Source of the DNA: Myxococcota bacterium | GTDB lineage: Bacteria; Myxococcota_C; UBA6777 | Direction of reading: 5' to 3' | DNA length: 64,000 nucleotides | NCBI GenBank assembly: GCA_023150835.1 | Contig: JAKLKB010000004.1 | Location: forward strand, 62,001-126,000 | Shown: positions 54,941 through 64,000 of the stretch, piece by piece | Layout: every line of letters begins with the position of its first letter | Numbering within the stretch: position 1 is the first letter of the stretch | Position numbers and translations under genes: made by a program | Notes under the pieces: generated by a model | Seen by the model: the letters and a program-made list of their open reading frames with translations, nothing else | Database searches by the model: none | What the model was told of the DNA's origin: nothing

Positions 54941-57900
54941 ACGTACACCAAAAAGATCAACAGCAAAAACACCGCACCCAACCCCAACGCTTTGATTCCA
55001 CCACTAATCTCAGGCCCCGAAGCCGCAGGATTTCGGGCTTTTTCAGCGGCGAGGCTGCGTTTTTCGCCTGTTTTGCTCGGCGTCGTGGGATGGCCTGCGC
55101 TTGGCCTTGAAGGAGAGGCCAAAGACGCAGACGGCGGAGGCGGCGTACCCGCGACAACAGGCGATCGCCCCCCTGCTGACGCAGCAGGGCGGCCTGCGGC
55201 GGCAGGCGAAGTCTGAGCGGACGAGCGGGGCGCGATCTTTTGCGCTTCTTGCGTATAAGCACCGGGCGGCATCGGCTGAAACAGCGGGATCTTGGACAAA
55301 ACTTCGACAGGTGCAAGCAAGATCTCATCAGGCGGCAAGATCCCACCACCCGCAGGTTTGTGCTGTGGAGCGTGCTGTTGCAGCAAAGCTTGTGCAACAA
55401 ACCGAATCATCGGGCTTTCATCCGCCAGTAGCTTTTGCATCATGGTGCGCCGCCAAACGCCATGCCCGCGTTGCCACAAGGTGTACATCAATTGAAAGCG
55501 CAGCTTTTCGCCAAGCATCGAAGCAGCGGGCGAAAACAGAGCTTCTTCAAACAGCGCACGCCCTTCTTCGGGAGGCAAACAACCGATCATCCAAACCGCG
55601 TGGTGGCGTTGGGCAGCAGGGCGATTGGCATGAAAGATCTCCGAACGCAAAAACCCCGAGGCATCGAATCCTTGCGTTCTCGCCCATGCGGAAAAGACCA
55701 TCTCTTCGATGAACGGGATAAAAGCGAGAGCGCGCTGCCGCAAGCACTGATCCAGCCACCACTGCAAACGCGGCGAAGGATGCAACAACGCTTGGGTCAC
55801 CCACAGATGAAAACTGCGCGGAGATTGCTCGTATTGGAGGTGATCGAGGATCATCGACTCAAGGATATCGGGCGCACAACTCCGCGCAAGATCACAAAAG
55901 ATCTGCCACATCTCCAAAGAAGGCGGATGGTGGTCAAAATACTCAAAGATGATGTGAAACGCCGAAGCAACGCGGGCTTTGTCTGCACGCAATGCGACTT
56001 GGGCAAAGATCTCGGCTTGTTGTTCGCGCAAAGGACCTTCTGGACTCTTGATCAAAAAGCGCGCACACAACGGCAACGACTCAGGAGCCAACTCCGCCAA
56101 CAAGGCCCGCGCCTCTTCTCCGTGTGGGTGCATCCCTTCACGCAAGATATGCGTCATGCGGTGGCGGGTCTTGAGATGGCCGAGCATCTCACGCAGACTC
56201 AACTGGATACGACGCGAGGGATTTTCTTGCGCAATCTTCTCTAAAAAAGAAACCATTTGGCGAACGGATCTCCAATCCGTTGTCTGAAGCTGTGCATCGA
56301 CGATGTCTTTGGAAAGAGAAAGGGCGCTTTCCAAAAGTTCGCGGTTGGGGCTGTCTTGGATCTTGGTGATCAGATCGCGCTGGACGTGTTGAATCGTATC
56401 GGGAGACAACACACGCAACAAACCGCGCCGAACGGCCTTTCCAAACGCATCGGAAGACGAGGCTTGCAACCAATACTGCGCGATCAACGACTCATCCAAC
56501 GCAGCGATCTGTTGGAGGACGCCCAAGACAAATTGCTTGCGCAGAGCATCTTCTTGGATCTGGCCGACCGCTTCGCCAAAACGGGAGAGATCTTCTTGGA
56601 TGGTCTGTTGAGTGACGGGCGCGACAAGATGTTTTGGATCGCGCTGCGACGCTGCGTAAGTCTGCAAACCACGCAATGAGGCTTGCACATAACGCGGAAA
56701 GTTCGGCTGCTGCATCAATTCGCCGAAACGCTGCGAGCGAACGATCTCTTCGATACGCAAAGACTTGGGCCACCGATCGAGCGGAACGTTCGCGGCTTGG
56801 TTCCAATCGATATCGTCGAACGACGGCAACGGCGCAGCGTAGCCCGAAGCATGAGCCTCCACCACAAGCCCCTGCCCTGTCGGGGTCGCCCCACGCGACT
56901 CCACCATTGAGCGCGCATCGCTCGCGCTAAGGTGATCTAACGAAGCCGTCACATCGACAAATCCGCCAAAGTCTTGTTGCGATCCGCTGACGTCGACGCC
57001 TGCGATCGACATACTTTCTTCGCCCTGTCGGGTGACATCAAACATCTCGACCGAATGCGTCGAGGCATCCACCCGATGCCCCGTGATCTGCAACGGATCT
57101 GCCGTTTCCGCAGATCCACTACGAGCCGCAACATCCGATGCAGCGGGAGCCACAACAACCGACGGAACGCCTCCTGAGCGATCCAAAGATCGGCTGTTCT
57201 GGCCTTGTTGTGCGGGTTGAGGTTGCGCGGTACGCAACGCTTGCGCCAACTGCTCTTGCCATGTCAACAAACGGGCGAGTGCTTCGGCGGCTTCGACGCT
57301 CATCTCTTGTTCTTGAGCAGCGCGAGTGTCTCGTTCCGCAGCCGCCAAAAGCTCCGAAAGAGACGGAAGCTGTAGCGGTTCCCCCACTCCACCGATCCCT
57401 TGGGGGCCTTTTGCGGAAAACAGATCTTGGCGTTGCGCCATCGCGTTGGACAACGCATCCAACATGGGATCCGCAGCGGCAGATTCTTCGGCTGCAAACC
57501 CCGATTCGGCTTGCGCGGGTGGGATGTCGGCGAACAATTCGTTGGGCAAAAACTGCGATGGATCGAGGGGTATCGGAACGCTGGTCACGCCTTGCGTATG
57601 CAACACTCCACCCGCTTTGGCGGGCATCTCACCCTGCCAAGGGAGCGGTGCGCCCGAGCCTTCAAAAAAGGGCTGGAGCGGCGCGGGAGCCGCCGCTTCT
57701 TTTTCCATCGTGCGCTTGTTCTGTGGCCCTGCGATCCCCTCCGAAAGCACCTCCAACAACCCACGCGATCCAGATCGCGGCAGAGAGATATCCTCCGAAA
57801 CAGGCATCCCTTCGAGAACTTCAAGCCCCTTCGGAGGAGCCTGCATCCCGCTTCCACTTGAGAATGGCCTTGCACTCGGGGCTTGCCCTTGACTTCCAGA

Positions 57901-58860
57901 AAAACCTGTTGTCGGCCCTTGGCTTCCAGAAAAGCCCGCCATCTGTCCTTGACTGGTCGAAAGAGCTGCCATCTGCCCTTGACTTGCAGAAAGAGCAGCA
58001 CGGCTTGGCACCGTCGAGAGGCGAGCAGAAGTCCCCGCAGCGTGAGAGGCTCCGGCTTTTGTTTGGCGCAACGCCCGTTCTCGGCGATAACGCGTGTCTC
58101 GTTTGATCAAGGTGAAAGCGAAAAGTCCCGAACGAACGGCATCTTCGAGATGCTGTTCTTGTTTGGCGACGTTTGGATCAACCGATCCCTGCATCGCTTC
58201 TGACGGTGCTTCGGGCGACTGTGCGTTCGGCTGTTCGAGCGCTTCCAAAAATTCGGGGGCCAGTTGCTCATCTTCAAGCCCCAGTTCTTTCAACAACGAA
58301 TCGCGATCCATCGATGCCATGATCTCGCGCACAGACAGCTTGTCGCGCACCTGCTCGCTGGCGTGTCGAGTGACGACTTGCCGATTCAACTGAAGGTGCG
58401 GAAAATGCGACTGTTGCAGATCGACACGAAAGGAAGCATCGTCGTCTTCGACATCTTGGCGGCTGATAAAACGCAACCACTCGGCAAATTCTTGAACCTG
58501 TGTCGTTCGATCGTACACCACCGTCTTGACACCACGCGCAACAAAGATCTTGGCGAGTTCTTGTGCAAGCCGAGACTCGGCGACGTTGCGCGGAACAGGC
58601 TCGCCGTTGAATTCGATGTTGTCCGATGCAAAGTTCAAGACCAATTGCCCAAGCGAGTCACACAACGCCCCCATCCCACGCGCAAAACGTTCGACGCTGC
58701 GCTGGATCATCTGGTTTCCGGGCGGGTACATCCGAAACGCATTGATCACGGCGCGCAACAGTCGCACTAGCTCGATAGAGTCCGCAATACGGGGCTTTGC
58801 GAGGTCTTGAAGATGGATGACTTGTGCGTCGACTTGGAGCAGGCCCTGTTGCGTACTCAT
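54922..58860 (-). CDS. Large hypothetical helical (HEAT-like) protein with C-terminal TM anchor
   Basis: 1312-aa ORF; RMYPPGN N-terminal domain; low-complexity middle; single C-terminal TM; start overlaps the upstream stop (ATGA). Confidence 0.75.
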   Translation of the reverse strand: MSTQQGLLQVDAQVIHLQDLAKPRIADSIELVRLLRAVINAFRMYPPGNQMIQRSVERFARGMGALCDSLGQLVLNFASDNIEFNGEPVPRNVAESRLAQELAKIFVARGVKTVVYDRTTQVQEFAEWLRFISRQDVEDDDASFRVDLQQSHFPHLQLNRQVVTRHASEQVRDKLSVREIMASMDRDSLLKELGLEDEQLAPEFLEALEQPNAQSPEAPSEAMQGSVDPNVAKQEQHLEDAVRSGLFAFTLIKRDTRYRRERALRQTKAGASHAAGTSARLSTVPSRAALSASQGQMAALSTSQGQMAGFSGSQGPTTGFSGSQGQAPSARPFSSGSGMQAPPKGLEVLEGMPVSEDISLPRSGSRGLLEVLSEGIAGPQNKRTMEKEAAAPAPLQPFFEGSGAPLPWQGEMPAKAGGVLHTQGVTSVPIPLDPSQFLPNELFADIPPAQAESGFAAEESAAADPMLDALSNAMAQRQDLFSAKGPQGIGGVGEPLQLPSLSELLAAAERDTRAAQEQEMSVEAAEALARLLTWQEQLAQALRTAQPQPAQQGQNSRSLDRSGGVPSVVVAPAASDVAARSGSAETADPLQITGHRVDASTHSVEMFDVTRQGEESMSIAGVDVSGSQQDFGGFVDVTASLDHLSASDARSMVESRGATPTGQGLVVEAHASGYAAPLPSFDDIDWNQAANVPLDRWPKSLRIEEIVRSQRFGELMQQPNFPRYVQASLRGLQTYAASQRDPKHLVAPVTQQTIQEDLSRFGEAVGQIQEDALRKQFVLGVLQQIAALDESLIAQYWLQASSSDAFGKAVRRGLLRVLSPDTIQHVQRDLITKIQDSPNRELLESALSLSKDIVDAQLQTTDWRSVRQMVSFLEKIAQENPSRRIQLSLREMLGHLKTRHRMTHILREGMHPHGEEARALLAELAPESLPLCARFLIKSPEGPLREQQAEIFAQVALRADKARVASAFHIIFEYFDHHPPSLEMWQIFCDLARSCAPDILESMILDHLQYEQSPRSFHLWVTQALLHPSPRLQWWLDQCLRQRALAFIPFIEEMVFSAWARTQGFDASGFLRSEIFHANRPAAQRHHAVWMIGCLPPEEGRALFEEALFSPAASMLGEKLRFQLMYTLWQRGHGVWRRTMMQKLLADESPMIRFVAQALLQQHAPQHKPAGGGILPPDEILLAPVEVLSKIPLFQPMPPGAYTQEAQKIAPRSSAQTSPAAAGRPAASAGGRSPVVAGTPPPPSASLASPSRPSAGHPTTPSKTGEKRSLAAEKARNPAASGPEISGGIKALGLGAVFLLLIFLVYVYLSGP

Positions 58861-60944
58861 CGCCCCTCCTTCTTTTGGTGCGACTTGCCTTTCTTGCGGC
58901 GAATTTTGTTCGGACGCTTTCGGCTTTTTGGACGGCGTTTTTTGGCCCGCGAACGGGGAAAAGAAGAACGGCGCTTGAGTCGACGGCGTATCGGCTTTTT
59001 TCGCCTTTTTGCGGACTCAACCGCAGGTTCGTTTGCGTCATTCGTGGAATCACGCTCCCGACTAGGCAAAGCTCGGTTCTCTGTAGGCTCATCGCGTCGG
59101 GCCGGCGCTTCGCCTGGTGGCAAAGGACGAGCTGCCGAAGGTACGATCGCTTTATTCGTCCGCATATCGGGTGGAATCAAACGCCGACGCGGTACAGCAA
59201 CAGATTCATCTGTCGTACCCGAGCGCAGATACCAGCCGATCAAAGCCGTCAGTCCAAGCAACACCACCAAAAGGCCAACGATGGCCCGCCACGCCCTTCT
59301 TTTTGTAGAAGCTCTCTTCTCAGAAATCGCGTTCATCTCGATATCATCGAGATCTTGTGACCTCGGCGAAGCATGATGCAAAGAAGCATCAGGGGGAGAA
59401 AGCTTGCGCCCCTTTTCTTCGGGGCCTTGCTGGATCTGTGCAAGGCCGGGCAGTCGGGCCTCTAATTCGGAAAGAGACAAGATCTCCTTGGCTGCCAACG
59501 CCTGCACACTTTGACTCTTGTTGCCCGCCCCTTTCTCCGCCATCTCTTGCGTTAAAGCGCGGAAACGACCCGTACGCTGTGCCCCTGAAGCCTCGCCTAA
59601 CCGCCCAAGACGCGCCATCGCTTGACGCGCACGCTGCGCATCGGGGATCTGCTCGACCAACCCACGCGACAACGCCGAGGAGCCGCTGCGCTGCATGTGA
59701 AACGACAACAGATCCACCCATGCCCCTTCTTCTCGTAGCTTTTTCTGACTCGCCTCCGAGATCGCCCCCTCCCCAAAAGTCCCCAACGCACCTCGATCGA
59801 TCCAACCATCCAACTGCGCACGCAACGATGCCGGAACATAGGGCAATATCAACTGCCACGCTTCGAGATGATCCGCCATCCCGAACAGTCCCAAACGCCC
59901 GCCCCCCACAGCGTGCGCCCTGTCTGGAGGCAACTCACGCGGGATCTCCACAGGGATCTCCGCAACGATCGGCGGCGTCCACAACGCAACCGCCTCTTGC
60001 CAACGCTCCAACACCTCTTGCATCGACGCGGGCCGATGAATCGGGTCTTTTTGCAACATCTGCTCAACCAATGTTTCCAACGCCTCAGGAAACGAGATCT
60101 GCGGCGCGATCTGCGACAGACGCGGAGGCTTCATCACCTCATGACGCTCACGCCAATCCAAATGCGGCTGCCGCTCCCGCTCTCGTTCCCCCCCCACCAT
60201 CGGCACATCCAAAGGATGTTGGCCTGTCAACATCTCAAACAACAACAGCCCCGATGTGTAGATATCGCTCCGATGATCCGATGGTTCCGCACCACGCACT
60301 TGCTCTGGAGACCGATACTTCAAGCCAAACGAACCGCTACAACAAGCGATCATCTCCGCCGTCTCACGCCCAATCCAACGCGGCACACCAAACCAACCCA
60401 CCCGCACCTCAGACCAACCCCGACCCGACGGCCACCACAGCGCAGACGGACTCAAATAACCATGCGCAAGCCCCTTGCGATGCGAAAAATGCAACGCCTC
60501 ACAAAAAGACGGCCACAGCTTCACGATCTGCTCCCGCGACAAGGCCCCCCAACTCCCCATCATCGACCGCAAACTATGCCCCAAACAAGCCTCAGACACC
60601 ACAAAACTACCCAACCCCTCTTCTTTTCCAACATGCAGCAGCGACAAGATGTGCGGATGTTGCAACGTCGCAGCAACCCGAATCTCTCGCTCGAAACGCT
60701 CTTCCACTTCGCTGTCGGTACTGACTTGATAAGGATACAAACGCACCCACACGCGCTGATGACGCGCACGATCCACCGCCCCATACACCAACCCCAACGC
60801 CTCTTCAGCGATCCACTTCTCTAAATAAAATCGCCCCTCCAACAACCGCCCCGCATGGACGCCACGTTGGGCCTCGTCTTCTCCGACGGCCCGCCCTTCC
60901 CGTCCTTTCTCCTGAGAAAAAGAACCCTGTTGCAATACACTCAT
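58857..60944 (-). CDS. Membrane Ser/Thr kinase-like protein with degenerate catalytic motifs
   Basis: RFEREIRVAATLQHPHI, YRSPEQ, SDIYTSG..FEMLTGQHP retained; VWVRL, HGYLSP and GWFG replace VAIK, HRDLKP and DFG. Start uncertain. Confidence 0.85.
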   Translation of the reverse strand: MSVLQQGSFSQEKGREGRAVGEDEAQRGVHAGRLLEGRFYLEKWIAEEALGLVYGAVDRARHQRVWVRLYPYQVSTDSEVEERFEREIRVAATLQHPHILSLLHVGKEEGLGSFVVSEACLGHSLRSMMGSWGALSREQIVKLWPSFCEALHFSHRKGLAHGYLSPSALWWPSGRGWSEVRVGWFGVPRWIGRETAEMIACCSGSFGLKYRSPEQVRGAEPSDHRSDIYTSGLLLFEMLTGQHPLDVPMVGGERERERQPHLDWRERHEVMKPPRLSQIAPQISFPEALETLVEQMLQKDPIHRPASMQEVLERWQEAVALWTPPIVAEIPVEIPRELPPDRAHAVGGGRLGLFGMADHLEAWQLILPYVPASLRAQLDGWIDRGALGTFGEGAISEASQKKLREEGAWVDLLSFHMQRSGSSALSRGLVEQIPDAQRARQAMARLGRLGEASGAQRTGRFRALTQEMAEKGAGNKSQSVQALAAKEILSLSELEARLPGLAQIQQGPEEKGRKLSPPDASLHHASPRSQDLDDIEMNAISEKRASTKRRAWRAIVGLLVVLLGLTALIGWYLRSGTTDESVAVPRRRLIPPDMRTNKAIVPSAARPLPPGEAPARRDEPTENRALPSRERDSTNDANEPAVESAKRRKKPIRRRLKRRSSFPRSRAKKRRPKSRKRPNKIRRKKGKSHQKKEGR

Positions 60945-61185
60945 ACCGAACGTCCCGTGAAGGTGGGCCACTTCGCCTTCTCTCTCTCGTATGCCCCAAC
61001 GCATCGAAACGTAGCCCTTGCTTCGCTGCGGCGCGGCATCCTCTCCGCATCCAGATCTTCCAAGCAAACCACAGGTCAACCACCAAAGCAAGGTTTCCTT
61101 TCTCTCCCCCTTGTCACGCTATCCCCTCCCGCACTAGCATCACTCTCTCTTGCGTTATTTCACCTTCCACCTTGTGAGCGACACC

Positions 61186-62379
61186 ATGCCATCTTCCGAT
61201 CTCGAAGCACTTCCTGCCTCTCTCTCCGAAGCCATCCATGCCGTCGCCAAAGACCCCGCTTCTCTCGATGAACGCACGGCCCTCGCCGCCCTCCTCCAAT
61301 CCAAGGCCCACCCCCAAGCCAACGCGGCTTGGGAAGCCGTCGCTTTTCTTGCCGCTGCTCGCGGCGAGTTCTTCCACAGCCTTTTGCTCACCCGCCTACA
61401 CCTCGACGACGAACAGCAGCGCCGCGTCCTTCAAACCATCCTCCCTTACTTTCTCGCCCCCCCTTCCGACAACACCGCCCCTTGGAATCCTCAACTCCCC
61501 CCCCTCTCTCTCCAGATCCCTCCCTCTCCCTCCGCTCAACTCGCTCTCGCCTTTCAACTGATCCGCGACCTCAAAGGCGTCAAACTCACCGCAGCCCTCC
61601 CCAAACCTGCCTTGGCGATCTTTAGCGACCTCCCCGAAAAACTCCTGCTCCATCTCCTCCGAAAAATGGAAGCCGTCCCTCTCCTCGAAGGCGATCACCT
61701 CCTTCAACAGGGCCAAAATGAACAAGCCTGCTACCTCCTCACTCACGGACGGGTTCGCCTCTTTCAGCGCCGAAACAACGGCCAAGAGATCCCTCTCTCT
61801 CGCCTCCGCGCACCCGCCTTACTCGGAGCCGCCTCTCTGCTCACCACTTCTCCCCACCGTATCACTCTCTCCGCCGACGAACCCTCGATCGCATGGCGCA
61901 TCGACCTCGCTCTGTTCACCTCCCTCGCACAACGACACCAAGTCCTCGTTCATAAACTTCGCAGCTTTGTCCGCGAATATCTCCAAACACTTCTTCTTCG
62001 CTTTTACCCACAACTCATGTCTTTGTCTGAACCCGAACGAGATCTGTTATTACAAACCTTTTTGCTTCAATCCATCGAACCCAACGGAACCATCCTCCAA
62101 CAAGGAGCCCCCTCTCCCGGCCTCTTTATCCCCGCCTACGGCGAAGCTCTGGTCTTTACCTCCCAAGGCGGGGCCATGCAAGTCTGGGTGGCCGAACTCC
62201 CCGAAGGCGATATCTGCGGCGCACGCGCCTTTTGGCAACAAACCCCCTCCCCCTACACCATCCTCATGCCCGAAGGTGGCTTTGTCTTTCACCTCGGCTC
62301 CCGCGAACTTCAACTCCTCCAACAACAAGCCCCCAACCTCTTCCACAAACTCTCCGAACTCCGACAACTCCCCTACTGA
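61186..62379 (+). CDS. Protein with two degenerate cyclic-nucleotide-binding domains
   Basis: GDHLLQQGQ..CYLLTHGRV and GTILQQGAPSPGLFI..GEALV..ELPEGDICG. Confidence 0.8.
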   Translation: MPSSDLEALPASLSEAIHAVAKDPASLDERTALAALLQSKAHPQANAAWEAVAFLAAARGEFFHSLLLTRLHLDDEQQRRVLQTILPYFLAPPSDNTAPWNPQLPPLSLQIPPSPSAQLALAFQLIRDLKGVKLTAALPKPALAIFSDLPEKLLLHLLRKMEAVPLLEGDHLLQQGQNEQACYLLTHGRVRLFQRRNNGQEIPLSRLRAPALLGAASLLTTSPHRITLSADEPSIAWRIDLALFTSLAQRHQVLVHKLRSFVREYLQTLLLRFYPQLMSLSEPERDLLLQTFLLQSIEPNGTILQQGAPSPGLFIPAYGEALVFTSQGGAMQVWVAELPEGDICGARAFWQQTPSPYTILMPEGGFVFHLGSRELQLLQQQAPNLFHKLSELRQLPY

Positions 62380-62380
62380 G

Positions 62381-62483
62381 AGGACTTACGCAGTTCGATA
62401 CGAAAAAGGCCCATGTTCGGGCGCGGGCGGTTCGCGAACCGCCCCTACAACGGGTTGATTCTTCACGCTTTCCCTTTTCAACT
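62381..62483. mobile_element. Family A MITE with one end replaced by a duplication of the flanking gene end
   Basis: Reverse-complement homolog of 17379-17494. ACTCCGACAACTCCCCTACTGA occurs at 62358-62379 and again at 62481-62502, where the right TIR should be. Confidence 0.85.
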
Positions 62484-62502
62484 CCGACAACTCCCCTACT
62501 GA

Positions 62503-62615
62503 TACGGGATCCGAAAGATCTGCGATCGTCGGATCGTGCGTAAACGCCCTGCTATCGGGCAGCCACTTGTGGCTGCACCTACCTCTTTACGATCACACAA
62601 CGGGCGGATTTTGTA
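62503..62615 (-). mobile_element. Family C element downstream of the ECF-like gene
   Basis: TACGGGATCCG...GGGCAGCCACTTGTGGCTGCACCTAC...CGGATTTTGTA. Confidence 0.85.
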
Positions 62616-62640
62616 GAACGCACCCTACACCTCCAAAGCT

Positions 62641-63585
62641 TCAGTCCGATGTATCCTGCTCCTGCAATGAAGTATCCGAATCTCCCGTCTCTTCGGACTT
62701 TAACAAACGGTGCAGACTCAGATCCAAGCGGCTGCGGATCATCTCCATCAAGCTGTCGAATTCTTCTTGCGGCAGTTTTAGCCGCGCCAACAGCGCATCG
62801 CGTGTGCGTGCAAGCAAGACCTCTCGCGCACGAGCGATCCGACGTGCAGCTGTCGCCCGATGGATGTGATAGATCGCCCCGATCTGATCGATCGAAAGAC
62901 CTGCGATCAGGTTTTGCCGCAGCAGATTCCGCTCGCCGCTGCTCAACGATCGCATCGCCTCCTCGAAAGCTTCTTTGAACTGGTTTCGATACTCACGCTT
63001 CAAAAAGTCCAACTCGACATCGGTTTGCAGGTCAGGAGCGTTCATCAACCGATCATCGTCCGCCCCATGCTCGCGTTTTTGCTGCGCACCGCTACGCACA
63101 CAATCCAAAAAAGTCCGCGTGGCGGTCACCCGCAACCAACTGTGAAACGGCCCTTGTCCCGCATAATGCCGAATCCGCGCATCTCGCTGCGGTGTATCCA
63201 CAAATAACTTTTCGCGCAAGATCTGGAGCAGATCTTCTTCGGGATGTGCTTGACTCGCAAAACGCCTTGCGATCTGACGCACCATCGAAGCGTGTTGGCG
63301 CTCCAACATCTCGATGGCTTCGGCGTCTTGTTGGGTACAAGCAAAGGCAAGATACAGATCCGAAGCATACAACCGAGAAAACCACGCATCCAAGGGCATA
63401 TTCGACGCATGGCTCACATAACTCTGCGCCAAATGCCTCACAAACGCCGAAGAATCCATAAGGATCGTTGGCCAACATTGCTGCGCTTGCTGCATATGCC
63501 CTTGCAGGCGCGCTTCGAGATCAAAGATGGCTTGGGCTTGCTTGCCTAAGGTAGGACCGAGAGCTTGCACAAAGATTTCTTGCAT
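62641..63585 (-). CDS. Myxobacterial ECF-like sigma-70 factor
   Basis: SDLYLAFAC, YAGQGPFHSWLRVTATR, HTH LSIDQIGAIYHIHRATAARRI, SRLDLSL. Confidence 0.85.
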   Translation of the reverse strand: MQEIFVQALGPTLGKQAQAIFDLEARLQGHMQQAQQCWPTILMDSSAFVRHLAQSYVSHASNMPLDAWFSRLYASDLYLAFACTQQDAEAIEMLERQHASMVRQIARRFASQAHPEEDLLQILREKLFVDTPQRDARIRHYAGQGPFHSWLRVTATRTFLDCVRSGAQQKREHGADDDRLMNAPDLQTDVELDFLKREYRNQFKEAFEEAMRSLSSGERNLLRQNLIAGLSIDQIGAIYHIHRATAARRIARAREVLLARTRDALLARLKLPQEEFDSLMEMIRSRLDLSLHRLLKSEETGDSDTSLQEQDTSD

Positions 63586-63637
63586 CCAATACTCCGAGAG
63601 ATCCGCGCAATACAAAACAACCACACCAAAACAGTCA

Positions 63638-63749
63638 TACGCGATCCGAGTGATGTGTACACAAAGGAGAGTACCTAGACGCCCGATTATAGGGCATCCC
63701 CCTGTGGCTACCCCTGCCTTTCACGATCGCACAACGGGCGGATCTCGTA
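63638..63749 (-). mobile_element. Family C element upstream of the ECF-like gene
   Basis: TACGCGATCCG...GGGCATCCCCCTGTGGCTACCCCTGC...CGGATCTCGTA. Confidence 0.83.
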
Positions 63750-64000
63750 TCACTCGCCAAACGCCGGGCACAGCGTTGCAAAAAAAACAGTCGCTCACGA
63801 AAGATGCGCCAGACGTCGTGTTGCGTTAAGATACCCCAGACCTTGCAGAAGCGAAAGATCGCAGCGCCAAACTCCACACCCTCGACGCTCGAAACGCTCG
63901 TTTCGCAAGATCCACACACGGAGGTCTGTATGCCCGCACCAAAAAAGCCTTCGCTCCGACCTCTCGGACTCGAAAGCACAAACGAAGCCACGACCACACC

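Noticed and set aside
63635-63997. 120-aa ORF at the window edge
   Set aside because: It runs through a family C element and has no recognisable motif; I could not determine the real frame.

Overview
64 kb of a bacterial chromosome, most likely Myxococcota. This is inferred from a MYXO-CTERM-like tail, many Cys-rich repeat lipoproteins, a Ser/Thr kinase-like protein and a myxobacterial ECF-like sigma factor. Main content: an LtaS-like sulfatase; a multi-domain cell-wall-lytic protein; a TtpC-type TonB uptake operon with an ExbB-ExbD fusion; a GNAT; several Cys-rich surface proteins, one with six near-identical 108-aa repeats; rlmI; a stand-alone CorA-like membrane protein resembling type III CRISPR-associated CorA effectors, preceded by a 39-35-39 bp repeat-spacer-repeat; a GH13 glucosidase; a THUMP methyltransferase; a 7TMR-DISM hybrid kinase; an exported Ni-SOD; a darTG toxin-antitoxin/anti-phage pair; a PLD-CBM20 fusion; a YgiQ radical SAM; and a pseudokinase/cNMP/ECF signalling cluster. 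The intergenic DNA is densely occupied by ~110-170 bp TA-flanked hairpin (MITE/REP-like) elements. One family sits in fixed polarity right after stop codons and brackets single genes like cassettes. I saw no rRNA, tRNA, transposase, integrase or cas gene. All family assignments come from motif recognition by eye; no searches were run.
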